DNA of 64,000 bases from Synechococcus sp. Lineage in GTDB: Bacteria; Cyanobacteriota; Cyanobacteriia; PCC-6307; Cyanobiaceae. The translations under genes and the position numbers were made by a program. Under the pieces are notes generated by a model. The model searched no databases. It saw nothing but the letters and a program-made list of their open reading frames with translations, and was not told the origin of the DNA. Within the stretch, counting starts at the first letter, position 1, and the number at the start of each line of letters is the position of its first letter. Shown piece after piece: positions 41,301 through 51,748 of the stretch. The stretch is from the NCBI GenBank assembly GCA_047285535.1, contig JBJBDC010000001.1, positions 1,952,136 through 2,016,135 of the forward strand, in the 5' to 3' direction.

Positions 41301-42728
41301 GATCCTGTCCGCAGGCCAAGTGCTGATCAAGCCTCGTACCAGCAGGCCTTGGAGTTATCACTGCTCTTTTATGAAGCCAATCGCAGCGGTGATCTCGATG
41401 AAGCCTCCAATCGCATTCCCTGGCGTGGGGACTCTGGCCTGAATGATGGGCGTGATGGTATTTATTTTGGAGATTCTGCTCCTGCAAATTTACAGTCTGG
41501 TGTCAGCCTAGATCTCACTGGTGGTTATCACGATGCCGGCGATCATGTGAAATTTGGATTGCCATTGGCATCCACCTTAAGCACATTGGCTTGGGGCGGA
41601 ATTGAGTTTGCTGATGGCTATCAAATTGCGGATCAGACCGACGAGCTTTTAAGCACTGTGAAATGGGGTACTGATTATTTACTCAAGGCTCATCAAGTTG
41701 ATTCCAATGGCAAGACGGAGTTCTTTATTGCTCAGGTCGGAGATGGCCAGGCCGATCATGCACTCTGGAGTTCGCCTGAGAGCCAGTCGATTCCTCGCCC
41801 AGCTTTAGCGATCACCGCTGAGAAGCCAGGATCTGATGTCGCTGCTGCGAGTGCTGCTGCATTGGCATCAGCATCGGTGCTCTTTCGAGACAATGGTGAG
41901 ATTGCTTATGCCGATGAGTTGCTGAGCAATGCGCAGTCTTTGTTTGATTTTGCAGTTACTTATCAGGGCAAGTATTCCGATTCGATTCCCTCTGTTCAGC
42001 CTTTCTATAACTCCTGGAGTGGTTTCCAAGATGAGCTGGCTTACGGCGGTCTTTGGCTGGCTCGGGGCCTCGAGGCGGCTGGTCAAGATGGATCGGGTTA
42101 CCAATTGGAAGCTCAAGATCGCTATCACTCCTTGATTGGAGGCCTGAATAAGGCCTGGGCTCCAAATTGGGATGATGCGTCCTATGGGACTGCTGTAATG
42201 CTTGCCCAGGATCTCAATGATCAAAGAGCTCTGGGCGATGTCTCCTCATGGCTTGATAGTTGGGTCTCAGGAGAGCAAGGACCTCAAATCACTGAAGGCG
42301 GTTTGAGGTTTGTTGATCAGTGGGGATCTCTTCGCTATTCCGCGAACACCGCCATGCTTGCGGGGGTTGTTGCGGACTCCATTACAAATCCAGGAGGGGC
42401 ATACAGCGAACTTGCTGTCAATTCCATTGATTACATCCTTGGGGATAACCCAAGAGAATCGAGTTATATCGTTGGCTTCGGTGAGAATTCACCTCAACAG
42501 CCACATCACAGGGCTGCTTCTGGTGTGGGGTGGGACGAATTTAACTCTTCGGAAGCGAATGAGTACGTCTTGTATGGAGCTTTGGTGGGAGGTCCCAACA
42601 GTGCTGATGACTTTGCTTATAACGATCAACGTTGGGATTACATCTCGAATGAGGTGGCCATTGATTACAACTCTGGTTTGACGGGTGCCTTGGCTTTTGC
42701 AGCTCAAAACAGCTCGGAATTTGGCTAG
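38337..42728 (+). CDS. Multidomain GH9 endoglucanase: CBM2-like, two identical His-rich unknown domains, second CBM2-like, GH9 catalytic domain
   Basis: WWDGFTAEVTLKN...VGFNG and WWEGFTAELAVKN...VGFNG; GH9 motifs WRGDSG, GGYHDAGD, HHRAAS, NEVAIDYN. Confidence 0.9.
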   Translation: MRAEMTSSPPIPRAMTTTHSLQISISGNIWWDGFTAEVTLKNNSSQDLDSWSYSFDSPHLINTTPWGAEITSVVLPEGLTRYTLTGKDWGASIPAGKSITVGFNGTQGISLGTEGQLTAQDLMKPSASFSEQSDANEQDRPEVFSEAFNTETDSVEGSSDGMPSEVMPSTEMSSHQSMDQDMHAHDMHSNADSGDYIDITSWGTFHGSNHNSEHNELVGGRTAITTEALVAYNGLRNFAGLEAVELETVGKWAFANQLTNNSQGWGNDETGVGLWYAMQGAKVAWIADALYKPQILADIQRTARLGSEADVMAMVREFGHEGFADYLETSGVQTAFINTLKMEPHYGGWMHGRTHGFLNIENVAIAHDINHLTVLSWDQEQPFMNDTFDWPQWPALDVTNATVINYYQGIVALGDPLSQNLEALPSSKGATANTKVIEENSQEGSSPIAEGLVMENPMDMSSEMMSSDEGVDQGMHAHEMHSGAANIAPLTEQSATDQQAQIEVLNEASNEELNSMNMPSEVMPSTEMSSHQSMDHDMHSNADSGDYIDITSWGTFHGSNHNSEHNELVGGRTAITTEALVAYNGLRNFAGLEAVELETVGKWAFANQLTNNSQGWGNDETGVGLWYAMQGAKVAWIADALYKPQILADIQRTARLGSEADVMAMVREFGHEGFADYLETSGVQTAFINTLKMEPHYGGWMHGRTHGFLNIENVAIAHDINHLTVLSWDQEQPFMNDTFDWPQWPALDVTNATVINYYQGIVALGDPLSQNLEGLSNSGAVTPDPLGFQDPFMPDPAPQESAPDEVQAPYPELLEAVVGNGNEPAPEASQPNQAATTAIPPENSPEINGGLEVEVSGSIWWEGFTAELAVKNTGSADLEHWSFSFDSPHGIQGQPWGAEVTSVELANGLVRHTISGAEWGSSIRAGETIKVGFNGIQGHSIGTSGDLTEGLLFHSAVVDGSSGSDQQDVPNAPAIPEPQETISANSASDPVRRPSADQASYQQALELSLLFYEANRSGDLDEASNRIPWRGDSGLNDGRDGIYFGDSAPANLQSGVSLDLTGGYHDAGDHVKFGLPLASTLSTLAWGGIEFADGYQIADQTDELLSTVKWGTDYLLKAHQVDSNGKTEFFIAQVGDGQADHALWSSPESQSIPRPALAITAEKPGSDVAAASAAALASASVLFRDNGEIAYADELLSNAQSLFDFAVTYQGKYSDSIPSVQPFYNSWSGFQDELAYGGLWLARGLEAAGQDGSGYQLEAQDRYHSLIGGLNKAWAPNWDDASYGTAVMLAQDLNDQRALGDVSSWLDSWVSGEQGPQITEGGLRFVDQWGSLRYSANTAMLAGVVADSITNPGGAYSELAVNSIDYILGDNPRESSYIVGFGENSPQQPHHRAASGVGWDEFNSSEANEYVLYGALVGGPNSADDFAYNDQRWDYISNEVAIDYNSGLTGALAFAAQNSSEFG
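38889..40656 (+). repeat. Direct repeat ~715 bp (38889-39603 and 39942-40656, offset 1053)
   Basis: No mismatch seen in the stretches compared by eye; identical antisense ORFs 38963..39232 and 40016..40285; extra 5' match 38820-38876 / 39888-39943 with a 15-bp indel. Confidence 0.95.
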
Positions 42729-43726
42729 ATCCAAGTCCTAAGTTTGTTCAAAAGCCGCTCCATTACCTCCGGTAATGGAGCTTGAAACACCATTCGCTCT
42801 CCGCTGATCGGGTGGTCCAGGCCCAGCTGTATGGCATGGAGTGCCTGCCCCGCCAGCTCCACCGGCAATTTCCTGCAGCGACTATAGGTCGGGTCCCCAA
42901 CCACAGGGTGATGCATGTGCGCGCAATGCACCCGAATCTGGTGCGTTCGTCCTGTATCGAGCTTGAAACGTAACAAGGAATAATCACCCAGTCGCTCTTC
43001 CAGCTTCCAGTGCGTGCGCGCATAGCGGCCGTTTTCATCACTCACCACCGCATATTTTTTGCGATCCACAGGGTGACGACCAATCGCACCAACAATCGTG
43101 CCCACTTCACCCTGAGGCACTCCATGGACCACGGCTACATACTCACGGGACGCAATCCTTTTTTGGATCTGTACTTGCAGCCGAACCAAGGCCTCCTGAG
43201 ACTTGGCAATGACGATGCATCCCGTGGTGTCCTTATCCAGGCGATGGACAATTCCTGGCCGCAATTTTCCGCTAATCCCAGGTAAGTCCTGGCAGTGATG
43301 CAAGAGACCGTTCACCAAGGTTCCATCTTTATTCCCTGGTGCAGGGTGCACCGTGAGTCCAGCCGGCTTATTGATCACGATCAAGTCTTCGTCTTCAAAG
43401 AGCACATCGAGATCCATCGGCTCAGGCTTGAGATAAGGCAAAGGTTCTGGCGGCGGCATCCATAGCTGCACCTGATCTCCATTGCGAAGAGGGGTTTTGG
43501 CTTTTCCCGCCTGGCCATTCACCCGCACATATCCCGCATCAATGAACTTCTGAATCCGGGCCCGGCTTTGCTCAGATCTCTGACTCACCAACCAGCGATC
43601 CAACCGCATGGGCAGCGGTTTGGCATAGGTGAGCGTTACCAGATCCCCTTCTCCCTCTCCGAAGACATGCGTAAATTCCTCCTCAGGCAAAGGGGATCGT
43701 CTCCGTCCTTGGCCTTGAACGCTCAA
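42725..43726 (-). CDS. rluD: RluA/RluD-family 23S rRNA pseudouridine synthase
   Basis: S4 domain, NKPAG, HRLDKDTTG, TGRTHQIRVH. Confidence 0.93.
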   Translation of the reverse strand: MSVQGQGRRRSPLPEEEFTHVFGEGEGDLVTLTYAKPLPMRLDRWLVSQRSEQSRARIQKFIDAGYVRVNGQAGKAKTPLRNGDQVQLWMPPPEPLPYLKPEPMDLDVLFEDEDLIVINKPAGLTVHPAPGNKDGTLVNGLLHHCQDLPGISGKLRPGIVHRLDKDTTGCIVIAKSQEALVRLQVQIQKRIASREYVAVVHGVPQGEVGTIVGAIGRHPVDRKKYAVVSDENGRYARTHWKLEERLGDYSLLRFKLDTGRTHQIRVHCAHMHHPVVGDPTYSRCRKLPVELAGQALHAIQLGLDHPISGERMVFQAPLPEVMERLLNKLRTWI

Positions 43727-44601
43727 GCGTCCCCCTGGTCCGGTAATTCCAGAGCAATCCTGCCCAAGGCGGACTTGCGAAAATCATCCAACAACCGCTG
43801 AGCCATCCGTGCCGTATCACCAGAGGTATGACGTTCGGCCGTTGCCTCCAGCCAAAACGCAGGATCAGCAGTAGGCCCGGCTACTGGGGTGCCATAACGC
43901 GCTTCGAGGATTGGCAAGATCACACCAGCAGCCTCCTGAGACTTCAAGCCAATGAGCAAATGCAGAAAAGCCTGCGCCACGAGTTCGCCGTCATAAGCCG
44001 CCTGACCAATGTCATCGCAGAGCGCCAGATTGAGAGCCGCCTGTTGGTTGTCCAGGCGCGGGGGGAGCACACCTGGAGCATCAAGCAGGTCGAGATCCTG
44101 ACCAAGTCGAACCCAGCGCAATGTGCGGGTCACACCAGCACGACGGGCACTAGCCACAACCTTTTGCTTCACCAGGCGATTGATCAAAGCTGACTTGCCA
44201 ACGTTGGGGAACCCCAAGGTGAGAGCTCGTACCGGCCGCGGCCGCATGCCCCGGCTACGGCGGCGTTCATTGAGTTGATCCCCAGCACGGATCGCCGCTT
44301 GCTGAACCTGCTTCACACCAGTGCCGGCCTTGGCGTCACACCAGACCGTGCGTTGCCCCCGAAGCTTGAACCAATGCTCCCAACCTTGACGGGCCTCTGT
44401 CGTGACCATGTCACGGCGATTGATCACCAAGAGATGGTGTTTTCCCTTAATCCAGCGATTGAGATGTGGATGTCCCGTGGATAGCGGAATGCGGGCATCA
44501 CGCACTTCGATGACGAGATCCACCTTGTCGAGGTGACGCTTGAGCTGCTGTTCCGCCTTGGCGATATGCCCGGGATACCACTGAATCGCTGGTGAACTCA
44601 C
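43723..44601 (-). CDS. rbgA: Ribosome biogenesis GTPase YlqF/RbgA
   Basis: IQWYPGH, DARIP, GFPNVGKS, DAPG. Confidence 0.95.
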   Translation of the reverse strand: MSSPAIQWYPGHIAKAEQQLKRHLDKVDLVIEVRDARIPLSTGHPHLNRWIKGKHHLLVINRRDMVTTEARQGWEHWFKLRGQRTVWCDAKAGTGVKQVQQAAIRAGDQLNERRRSRGMRPRPVRALTLGFPNVGKSALINRLVKQKVVASARRAGVTRTLRWVRLGQDLDLLDAPGVLPPRLDNQQAALNLALCDDIGQAAYDGELVAQAFLHLLIGLKSQEAAGVILPILEARYGTPVAGPTADPAFWLEATAERHTSGDTARMAQRLLDDFRKSALGRIALELPDQGDA

Positions 44602-44981
44602 GGCACCACCAGAACCGGACAAGGGGCCAGCTGAATCACCCGCGCTGCCGTGCCGCCACTTTCAGCTTCTACATTCACGCCGCGGGTGCCCATCACAATC
44701 ACATCCACATTCAACTCGTCTGCCACGTCACAAATCACAAACGCCGGCAGCCCCTCACGCTCGACCACCTCACAGGACACCCCTACCTGCGCAAAGCGCT
44801 CCCTTGTCTCGGCCAATAAGGTTGCCACCGCTTGATGGTCATGCATCTCAGGACGCTCAGGTTGCACCACAGACAAGACGATCAGCCTGCTGTTGTGACT
44901 GCGTGCCAAGTCAAGAGCTTTTGTCGCTGTCTCAAAAGCTTCTCGACTCTGATCGAGTGGAAACAAAACGGTCTCAAACAT
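44598..44981 (-). CDS. Universal stress protein
   Basis: VIVMGTRG, APCPVLVV. Confidence 0.93.
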   Translation of the reverse strand: MFETVLFPLDQSREAFETATKALDLARSHNSRLIVLSVVQPERPEMHDHQAVATLLAETRERFAQVGVSCEVVEREGLPAFVICDVADELNVDVIVMGTRGVNVEAESGGTAARVIQLAPCPVLVVP

Positions 44982-45071
44982 TGGGCCACCTCCGTTAGTA
45001 CCCCTCTTTTTCAGTGCTAGCGCGTAATCGGGTTAATCTCACCGCGTTTTCACACCTCACGACATATCCAA

Positions 45072-46280
45072 ATGGCGAAGCGTTCTCTGGCCAAGCTGAA
45101 CACCGGTGACTTGAATGGCAAACGCGTTCTTGTGCGGGTTGATTTCAACGTGCCTCTGAACGACGCCGGTGAGATCACAGACGACACCCGCATTCGAGCA
45201 GCACTGCCCACGATTCAGGATCTGATCGGTAAGGGCGCCAAAGTGATTTTGGCGGCTCACTTCGGTCGCCCCAAGGGACAAGTGAATGAAACGATGCGCC
45301 TGACTCCTGTTGCCGGGCGTTTAAGTGAACTACTCAACAAGCCTGTCACTAAAACTGACAGCTGCATTGGCCCGGATGCAGAAGCAAAAGTCAACGCCAT
45401 GGCAACCGGCGATGTCGTGCTGCTCGAAAACGTGCGCTTTTTTGGTGAAGAAGAGAAAAACGACGCTGATTTCGCCCAGAAGCTTGCAGGGTTGGCAGAT
45501 GTCTACGTCAACGATGCCTTTGGTGCAGCGCACCGTGCCCACGCCTCAACTGAAGGCGTAACCAAATTCCTCAAGCCATCCGTGGCTGGCTTCTTGATGG
45601 AGAAAGAACTTCAGTACCTACAAGGTGCTGTGGATGATCCCAAGCGTCCTTTGGCCGCGATCGTTGGCGGTTCCAAAGTGAGCAGCAAGATCGGCGTCCT
45701 TGAAGCCTTGATCGACAAGTGCGACAAGGTACTCATCGGCGGCGGCATGATCTTCACCTTCTATAAAGCCCGTGGCCTCGCCGTCGGCAAAAGCCTCGTG
45801 GAAGAAGACAAGCTTGAGCTTGCGAAAGAACTAGAGGCCAAAGCCAAAGCCAAAGGCGTTGAGCTGCTTCTACCCACCGATGTTGTGCTAGCCGACAACT
45901 TCGCTCCCGATGCCAATAGTCAAGTGGCAGATGTAACGGCCATCCCAGACGGCTGGATGGGACTGGACATCGGTCCCGATGCCATCAAAGTGTTCCAAGC
46001 AGCCCTGGCCGATTGCAAGACCGTGATCTGGAACGGGCCGATGGGCGTGTTTGAGTTCGACAAATTCGCCGCAGGCACCAACGCCATTGCCACAAGCCTG
46101 GCCGAACTCAGCGGTAAGGGCTGCTGCACCATCATTGGTGGTGGTGATTCCGTAGCTGCCGTTGAGAAAGCAGGTCTGGCGGCCCAGATGTCACACATCT
46201 CCACCGGTGGTGGCGCCAGTCTTGAACTCCTGGAAGGCAAAGTGCTTCCAGGCGTTGCAGCACTCGATGACGCCGCCTGA
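45072..46280 (+). CDS. pgk: Phosphoglycerate kinase
   Basis: [32 protein letters not shown]. Confidence 0.99.
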   Translation: MAKRSLAKLNTGDLNGKRVLVRVDFNVPLNDAGEITDDTRIRAALPTIQDLIGKGAKVILAAHFGRPKGQVNETMRLTPVAGRLSELLNKPVTKTDSCIGPDAEAKVNAMATGDVVLLENVRFFGEEEKNDADFAQKLAGLADVYVNDAFGAAHRAHASTEGVTKFLKPSVAGFLMEKELQYLQGAVDDPKRPLAAIVGGSKVSSKIGVLEALIDKCDKVLIGGGMIFTFYKARGLAVGKSLVEEDKLELAKELEAKAKAKGVELLLPTDVVLADNFAPDANSQVADVTAIPDGWMGLDIGPDAIKVFQAALADCKTVIWNGPMGVFEFDKFAAGTNAIATSLAELSGKGCCTIIGGGDSVAAVEKAGLAAQMSHISTGGGASLELLEGKVLPGVAALDDAA

Positions 46281-46310
46281 TTCAGGCTTCAACATCCGGC
46301 TGAGCATGCA

Positions 46311-46742
46311 TCAGCTGAGCGGCAGGCCGTTTCGATTGAAACGGCCTTTTTTGCGCAATCCACCCTTCTCAGACCGTGGAGGAAGGCCCAGTCGTTGCCG
46401 TTCAACATTCATCGCGGCACGTGCCTCTTGATACAGCTTGCGACGACCCTGGCGTTGTTCTTGCTTGCACAGTCGGAAGGCATCCACCGTAGTGGCAGAT
46501 CGCACACATTGTTGCCGAGCTGCCAACAGTGCTTTTTGCTGATCAAAGGTATTGATCTCCCAACGCCGCCGAGCCTCAAACAATTGTTGCTTCTGAGCAT
46601 CCGTGAGATTGGATCGATCAGCACGCAACCGCATGGGAGAGTCAGCCCATCCTGAGCTTGGGTGAAGAGAGGCGGCTGCCAATGCAGCACAAGGAATGAC
46701 CAGATAACGCTTCCAATGTTTAAAGATGACCATGACAATCAT
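46311..46742 (-). CDS. Hypothetical exported helical protein
   Basis: Signal-like N-terminus then basic coiled helices; start uncertain. Confidence 0.6.
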   Translation of the reverse strand: MIVMVIFKHWKRYLVIPCAALAAASLHPSSGWADSPMRLRADRSNLTDAQKQQLFEARRRWEINTFDQQKALLAARQQCVRSATTVDAFRLCKQEQRQGRRKLYQEARAAMNVERQRLGLPPRSEKGGLRKKGRFNRNGLPLS

Positions 46743-46828
46743 TAAATTGACGTCCTCATCCTGAAAGGGATCTGCGGGCAAGTTCTGACCGAAACGGTCA
46801 GGAAGCATGACCGGATCTAACCCGGCGG

Positions 46829-47842
46829 TTGACCCGAGCCACTGAACGGGACCTGTTCCTGAAACCATCCAAAAGATCTCTCACAATCTGGAGCGTCTCA
46901 ATCCTGAAACTCGCCTCTGACGCTCTCCCCGTCATCACCCCCCCTGCACCAGTGGCCATGGTGGGTCTAGGTGCGCTTGGATTACCGATCGCCGTCAATC
47001 TGCGCCGCGCTGGTTACCAACTCCAAGTGCACACCCGCAGCCGCGCAGCGGAAACAGCACCAGAACTTCAGAACGCTGAAGGGCTTGCATTGACCTCCCA
47101 TAGCTCTCCAGCCAAGGCCGTGAACGGTTGTCAAGCCCTGCTGCTTTGCGTCAGCGATGACGCCGCTGTGCGCACAGTTCTATGGGGCGAAAACGGAGCA
47201 GGTCCTTGCCTAACAGAAGGAACCGTGGTGATTGATTGCTCCACAATCGCCCCAGCCACAGCGGAAGCCATGGCCGAGCAACTGGAGGAACGTGGGGTTC
47301 ACTACATCGATGCTCCAGTCACTGGTGGCACAGAAGGAGCCAAGGCCGGGACTCTCACAGTGCTTTGCGGAGGCTTGAAGTCCACTGTCCATCGCGTGAG
47401 CCCCTTACTGGAGACGATTGGACGCTCGATCCATTACTTCGGGCCCGTTGGCAGTGGCCAAAAGGTTAAAGCGGTCAATCAGGTTCTCGTCGCTGGAAGC
47501 TATGCCGCTGTCGCAGAAGCCATGGCCTTGGGACAACATTTAAGACTTCCCATGGAACAGGTTGTGGCAGCCCTTCAGCACGGCGCTGCCGGCTCATGGG
47601 CTCTGCAACACCGCTCCGCAGCCATGCTTGAGGATCGTTACCCCCTTGGATTCAAGCTCAAGCTCCATCACAAAGATCTGGAGATTGCTGTGGCTGCCGC
47701 AAGCGAATTGCAATTAGAGCTCCCCATTACCCAACTGGTTCTTGAACAAGAAGCGAAACTGATGAAACAGGGGCTTGGAAACAAAGATGTGTCCGCCCTT
47801 CGACGTTGCTTGCCTTCGCAACCGAATCAGGGCTTGAGCTGA
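46829..47842 (+). CDS. NAD(P)-dependent oxidoreductase, 3-hydroxyisobutyrate dehydrogenase family
   Basis: GLGALG, DCST, DAPVTGG, KAVNQ, KDL; true start probably ~46905-46958. Confidence 0.9.
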   Translation: MTRATERDLFLKPSKRSLTIWSVSILKLASDALPVITPPAPVAMVGLGALGLPIAVNLRRAGYQLQVHTRSRAAETAPELQNAEGLALTSHSSPAKAVNGCQALLLCVSDDAAVRTVLWGENGAGPCLTEGTVVIDCSTIAPATAEAMAEQLEERGVHYIDAPVTGGTEGAKAGTLTVLCGGLKSTVHRVSPLLETIGRSIHYFGPVGSGQKVKAVNQVLVAGSYAAVAEAMALGQHLRLPMEQVVAALQHGAAGSWALQHRSAAMLEDRYPLGFKLKLHHKDLEIAVAAASELQLELPITQLVLEQEAKLMKQGLGNKDVSALRRCLPSQPNQGLS

Positions 47843-48579
47843 CTCTTGTCATCCACAACCCGAACCTGCTTGCTGACGCTCACCACCCCCTCGGGATGGA
47901 CCAATAAAGCAGCCCAATTTTGAACACCAGGTTTAAAAGGAGCTTGAACTGACTTGAATAATCCGCCACCGCCTAGGGGCTGAAGCTGAATCGTTGGACT
48001 CTCTTGGCCCATGACCTGCAGAGGGGTAAGAGCGATCAAGCCACCTGCCAATAATGCATCTCCCAAGGGCTCATCCACCACGACATCAAAGTCATAACGA
48101 CTTCCAGTAAGGACGCTATCTGGAATCATCAGACTGATGGGAAGCGAGTTCCTAGCACTGGTCATGATCGATTGAGCACTCAGAATTTCCTGATCACTAA
48201 TCAATCCACGCTCAGTCCTCACCGCTAAACGCTGATTGGCAGAGAAGGAATAACTCAAACCATCCTGCTGGCGGGTTCCACTAACGGCGATTTGGAAGGT
48301 TGATCGACCATCTGAAGTTGGAGTGCCTGGGCTGACCGACCAACGCAATTGAGGGAAACGACTGCGGAAAAGGCGATACCGCCCCTCGAGTTCACCCAGT
48401 TGATCAGGCGCAAAGAGAGACTTCAACGAAGCGACGTTACCCTCAGTCTCATTGAGAGCAAGTTCCAATTTCCGACTGAAATCAATTGATTCCTGGGTGA
48501 CAGCCCGAGTCAACAAGGGGAAAGAAAGGGCGGAGCCAAGTAATAACGAAACCAACGAGGCACGGAGAGCCCTAGACAT
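47827..48579 (-). CDS. Conserved cyanobacterial exported hypothetical protein
   Basis: Signal-like N-terminus; GGGGLFKSVQAP motif; position next to murG. Confidence 0.7.
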   Translation of the reverse strand: MSRALRASLVSLLLGSALSFPLLTRAVTQESIDFSRKLELALNETEGNVASLKSLFAPDQLGELEGRYRLFRSRFPQLRWSVSPGTPTSDGRSTFQIAVSGTRQQDGLSYSFSANQRLAVRTERGLISDQEILSAQSIMTSARNSLPISLMIPDSVLTGSRYDFDVVVDEPLGDALLAGGLIALTPLQVMGQESPTIQLQPLGGGGLFKSVQAPFKPGVQNWAALLVHPEGVVSVSKQVRVVDDKSQLKP

Positions 48580-48637
48580 GAAGTCGTCCCCTAAGTCCAT
48601 CTAAGTTAGGGCGCGCTCCCGTGCTCCGCACATCCTT

Positions 48638-49717
48638 ATGCCACGGCTTCTGATCGCTGCCAGCGGCACCGGCGGACACTTATTTCCAGCACTCTCGGTT
48701 GCCGACGCCTTACCGGAGCCATGGAGCGTTCGTTGGGTGGGTGTTCCCGATCGTCTGGAAAACAGCCTGATCCCCGGGCATTATCCACTCACCACAGTCA
48801 AAGCCGGTGGCTTGCAAGGTCGTGGGCTTCGCAAAATCATTCAAATGCTGCAGTTGCTGGCCGCCAGCGGCAGCATGCGCCGACTGATCCGACGAGAAGG
48901 CATCGACGCTGTCTTCACAACCGGCGGATATATCGCGGCACCAGCAATCCTGGCGGCACGTTGGTGTGGCATTCCAGTGGTGCTCCATGAATCGAATGCC
49001 ATTCCAGGCAGGGTCACACGGTTACTGGGTCGCTGTTGTACCCGTGTTGCGGTGGGGCTGGAGGCGGCCGCACTGCGCATCCCCGGCTGCCGAGCCATGG
49101 TGACCGGCACTCCGGTCAGGACGGCTTTCCTCGAGAAACACCCAATTCCAAAGTGGGTTCCTGAGGGCGATGGCCCACTTCTTGTGGTGATCGGTGGCAG
49201 CCAAGGGGCTTTAGGACTCAACCGAATGACACGAGTGCTGTTTCCCGCGCTGCTGAACAGCGGCTGTCGCATCGTGCATCTCACCGGCAGCAATGACCCC
49301 GACGTGGGTTGTATCGAGCACCCCCTCCTGGTGGAGCGTTCCTTCAGCGATGAGATTCCAGCCTTGCTGCAACATGCCGACCTCGCCATCAGCAGAGCCG
49401 GAGCAGGAAGTTTGAGTGAACTGGCTGTGAGCGGAACACCCAGCGTGCTGGTGCCCTTCCCCCAAGCGGCTGATCGTCATCAAGATGCCAATGCCGCCTG
49501 TGCTGCGGCCATCGCCGCTGCCGTCATCGTGCATCAGCACGATCCAGGCGAACATACCCTTCGCGACACGGTCTGGCGTCTGCTTGGGCCAAGGCTTCGT
49601 GGGGGATGCAAACCAGCCGATGACCCACTACTCAAGATGGGGCAAGCCATGCATGAACTCGGTGTTGAAGACGCGGATCAGAAGCTTGTGGAACTACTCA
49701 AAGACCTCGTGCCCTAA
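48638..49717 (+). CDS. murG: Lipid II GlcNAc transferase MurG
   Basis: [30 protein letters not shown]. Confidence 0.95.
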   Translation: MPRLLIAASGTGGHLFPALSVADALPEPWSVRWVGVPDRLENSLIPGHYPLTTVKAGGLQGRGLRKIIQMLQLLAASGSMRRLIRREGIDAVFTTGGYIAAPAILAARWCGIPVVLHESNAIPGRVTRLLGRCCTRVAVGLEAAALRIPGCRAMVTGTPVRTAFLEKHPIPKWVPEGDGPLLVVIGGSQGALGLNRMTRVLFPALLNSGCRIVHLTGSNDPDVGCIEHPLLVERSFSDEIPALLQHADLAISRAGAGSLSELAVSGTPSVLVPFPQAADRHQDANAACAAAIAAAVIVHQHDPGEHTLRDTVWRLLGPRLRGGCKPADDPLLKMGQAMHELGVEDADQKLVELLKDLVP

Positions 49718-50795
49718 CGCGCTGGAAGGCACGCATGATCCGTCGATTGTCACGACGAGTTTGTAGGCCAATCCGCAACCATCGGTCACCCAAACCCTCG
49801 AAAGAACGACAATCCCTGAGCAAGACTCCCTGAGCAGCGATCTGCTCGCGAAGCTCCAATAAAGACTGCTCACCCTGAATCAGCAAATAATTGGCAGCCG
49901 AGGGGTAGGCCTTGAATCCAGGGATGGCATCAAGTTGTTCCCGCAACCAGGTGCCCTCCTCTTGCACCCACTGCTGAACACGCTTTTGCCACCGCTGCAA
50001 GCCAACAGGATCGTTCATCACAGCGATTCCAGCGGCCATCGCCAAGCCATTCACGGGCCACGGATCTCGCCACGAGCGCCATCGACGGAGACGATCTGGA
50101 GCCGCAATCGCATAACCAAGACGCAAACCTGCAATCGCAAAGAGCTTCGTGAGACTGCGAATCACCACAAGGTTGGGATGGTCTGCCACCAAAGCAAGCA
50201 AGGATTGGTCCTCTCCACCTGGCACTAAAGGCAGGAAGGCCTCATCACAGATCACAAGCGAATGGCTCTCCAGCAACGGTTCCAGCGAACAACGGCTCCA
50301 GAGCTGACCTGTGGGGTTATGGGGATTTGTAATCCACACAACATCAGTCGCATTCGGGGATGCAAACGGAAACGGCTGAGGCCAGCTGTCACCCCACTCA
50401 AGGGGCAGAGGCAACCCTTCGATCGCCCCACCCCAACACGCCAAAGCCCGGAAATAATCAGCAAATCCAGGCTGAGGAAGAGCGTTGGTGCCACAGACGG
50501 CCGCATCACGACCAACCCATGTGAACAACTCAGCTGCCCCATTCCCTCCAAGCACCTGCTCCGGATCCACGTCATGCCATGACGCGATTGCAGATCTCAA
50601 ATCAGCCTGATCACGATCTGGATAATCGCGCAAATCGCGACTCCTGATCGCAGCGGCGAGAGTCTTGCCAAGAACATCTGGTGGAGGAAATGGCACCAAA
50701 GAGGCGCTCGCATCCAGCAGCTGGGCAGGCTGCATCCCCAGCCGCCGGGCTTCTTGGCTGAGATTCCCTCCATGGGGAGGAAGGCCGTTGCTCAC
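49698..50795 (-). CDS. cobD: Threonine-phosphate decarboxylase CobD-like PLP enzyme
   Basis: [29 protein letters not shown]; start uncertain. Confidence 0.82.
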   Translation of the reverse strand: MSNGLPPHGGNLSQEARRLGMQPAQLLDASASLVPFPPPDVLGKTLAAAIRSRDLRDYPDRDQADLRSAIASWHDVDPEQVLGGNGAAELFTWVGRDAAVCGTNALPQPGFADYFRALACWGGAIEGLPLPLEWGDSWPQPFPFASPNATDVVWITNPHNPTGQLWSRCSLEPLLESHSLVICDEAFLPLVPGGEDQSLLALVADHPNLVVIRSLTKLFAIAGLRLGYAIAAPDRLRRWRSWRDPWPVNGLAMAAGIAVMNDPVGLQRWQKRVQQWVQEEGTWLREQLDAIPGFKAYPSAANYLLIQGEQSLLELREQIAAQGVLLRDCRSFEGLGDRWLRIGLQTRRDNRRIMRAFQRVRARGL

Positions 50796-50915
50796 GCCGA
50801 CTGGTCTTGGATTCCCCCATCCTGCTCCCATGCTCTGCCAAAAGGTTCTGCCCAGGCGCATGGTCGACGAGGAGAAGGAAGACCGATACAACGCAGTACA
50901 ACCAAGTCAGCTCCC

Positions 50916-51725
50916 GTGTTCAACCTCTATCGCTGGATGCCGCTACTGGGTTTATTGCTAGTCGCAGGCCCTGTCGAAGCCAACAGCACTGACGATCTCA
51001 TCAAAGTGCTCCAGAACGGTGAGTGCCGAAACTGCCGCTTGGCCGATGCGGACCTCGTCCATGCCGATCTACGCGATGCCGACTTAAGAGATGCGCAACT
51101 CCAGCGAGCCAATCTTGGGGAAGCCCAACTTGATGGGGCTGACTTAAGCGGGGCCAACCTCAGCTTCACCAGCTTGCGCGGGGCCTCGCTCCGCGGCGCC
51201 AATCTCCAAGGGAGCATCCTGCATGGCACCGACCTGCGGTTTGCCGATCTCAGTGGAGCTCAGCTGAACCCGAACGCTCTGGAGAGGGCCCACTGGCAGG
51301 GGGCCACTGGCATCAGCCCTGGCATTCAAAGTCATGCTGCGCTGCACAATGCCGGCGTCGAAGCCACACAGGCCGGTCGATTAGCGCAAGCTGAACAACT
51401 TTTTAGTGCAGCGATTCGTCGTGCTCCCAAAGAGCCTTTGAGCTGGGTTGCGAGAGGGATCACGCGCAGCGAACAGGCCAAGGATGAATTGGCCGCACAA
51501 GACTTCGGTTACGCCGCTGCATTGTTTGAGCAGCAAGGGGCATTGACTTGGGCCGAACAGCTCAATCAAGCAGCCAACTCAATCAGCAAACGACGCTTTA
51601 AGCCAACCCAACAACAATCTGGCAACGGTCTTGGCAATCAACTGCTCGAGGGCACGATCAGCGGACTTCGCATGCTTGCACCTCTGGCAGCGAAAGCACT
51701 GATTCCACTTGGACTTGGACTCTGA
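50916..51725 (+). CDS. Pentapeptide-repeat protein with TPR-like C-terminus
   Basis: A(D/N)Lxx repeats after CRNC; signal-like N-terminus. Confidence 0.9.
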   Translation: MFNLYRWMPLLGLLLVAGPVEANSTDDLIKVLQNGECRNCRLADADLVHADLRDADLRDAQLQRANLGEAQLDGADLSGANLSFTSLRGASLRGANLQGSILHGTDLRFADLSGAQLNPNALERAHWQGATGISPGIQSHAALHNAGVEATQAGRLAQAEQLFSAAIRRAPKEPLSWVARGITRSEQAKDELAAQDFGYAAALFEQQGALTWAEQLNQAANSISKRRFKPTQQQSGNGLGNQLLEGTISGLRMLAPLAAKALIPLGLGL

Positions 51726-51748
51726 TGCAAAAGACCAAGAACGCTTGA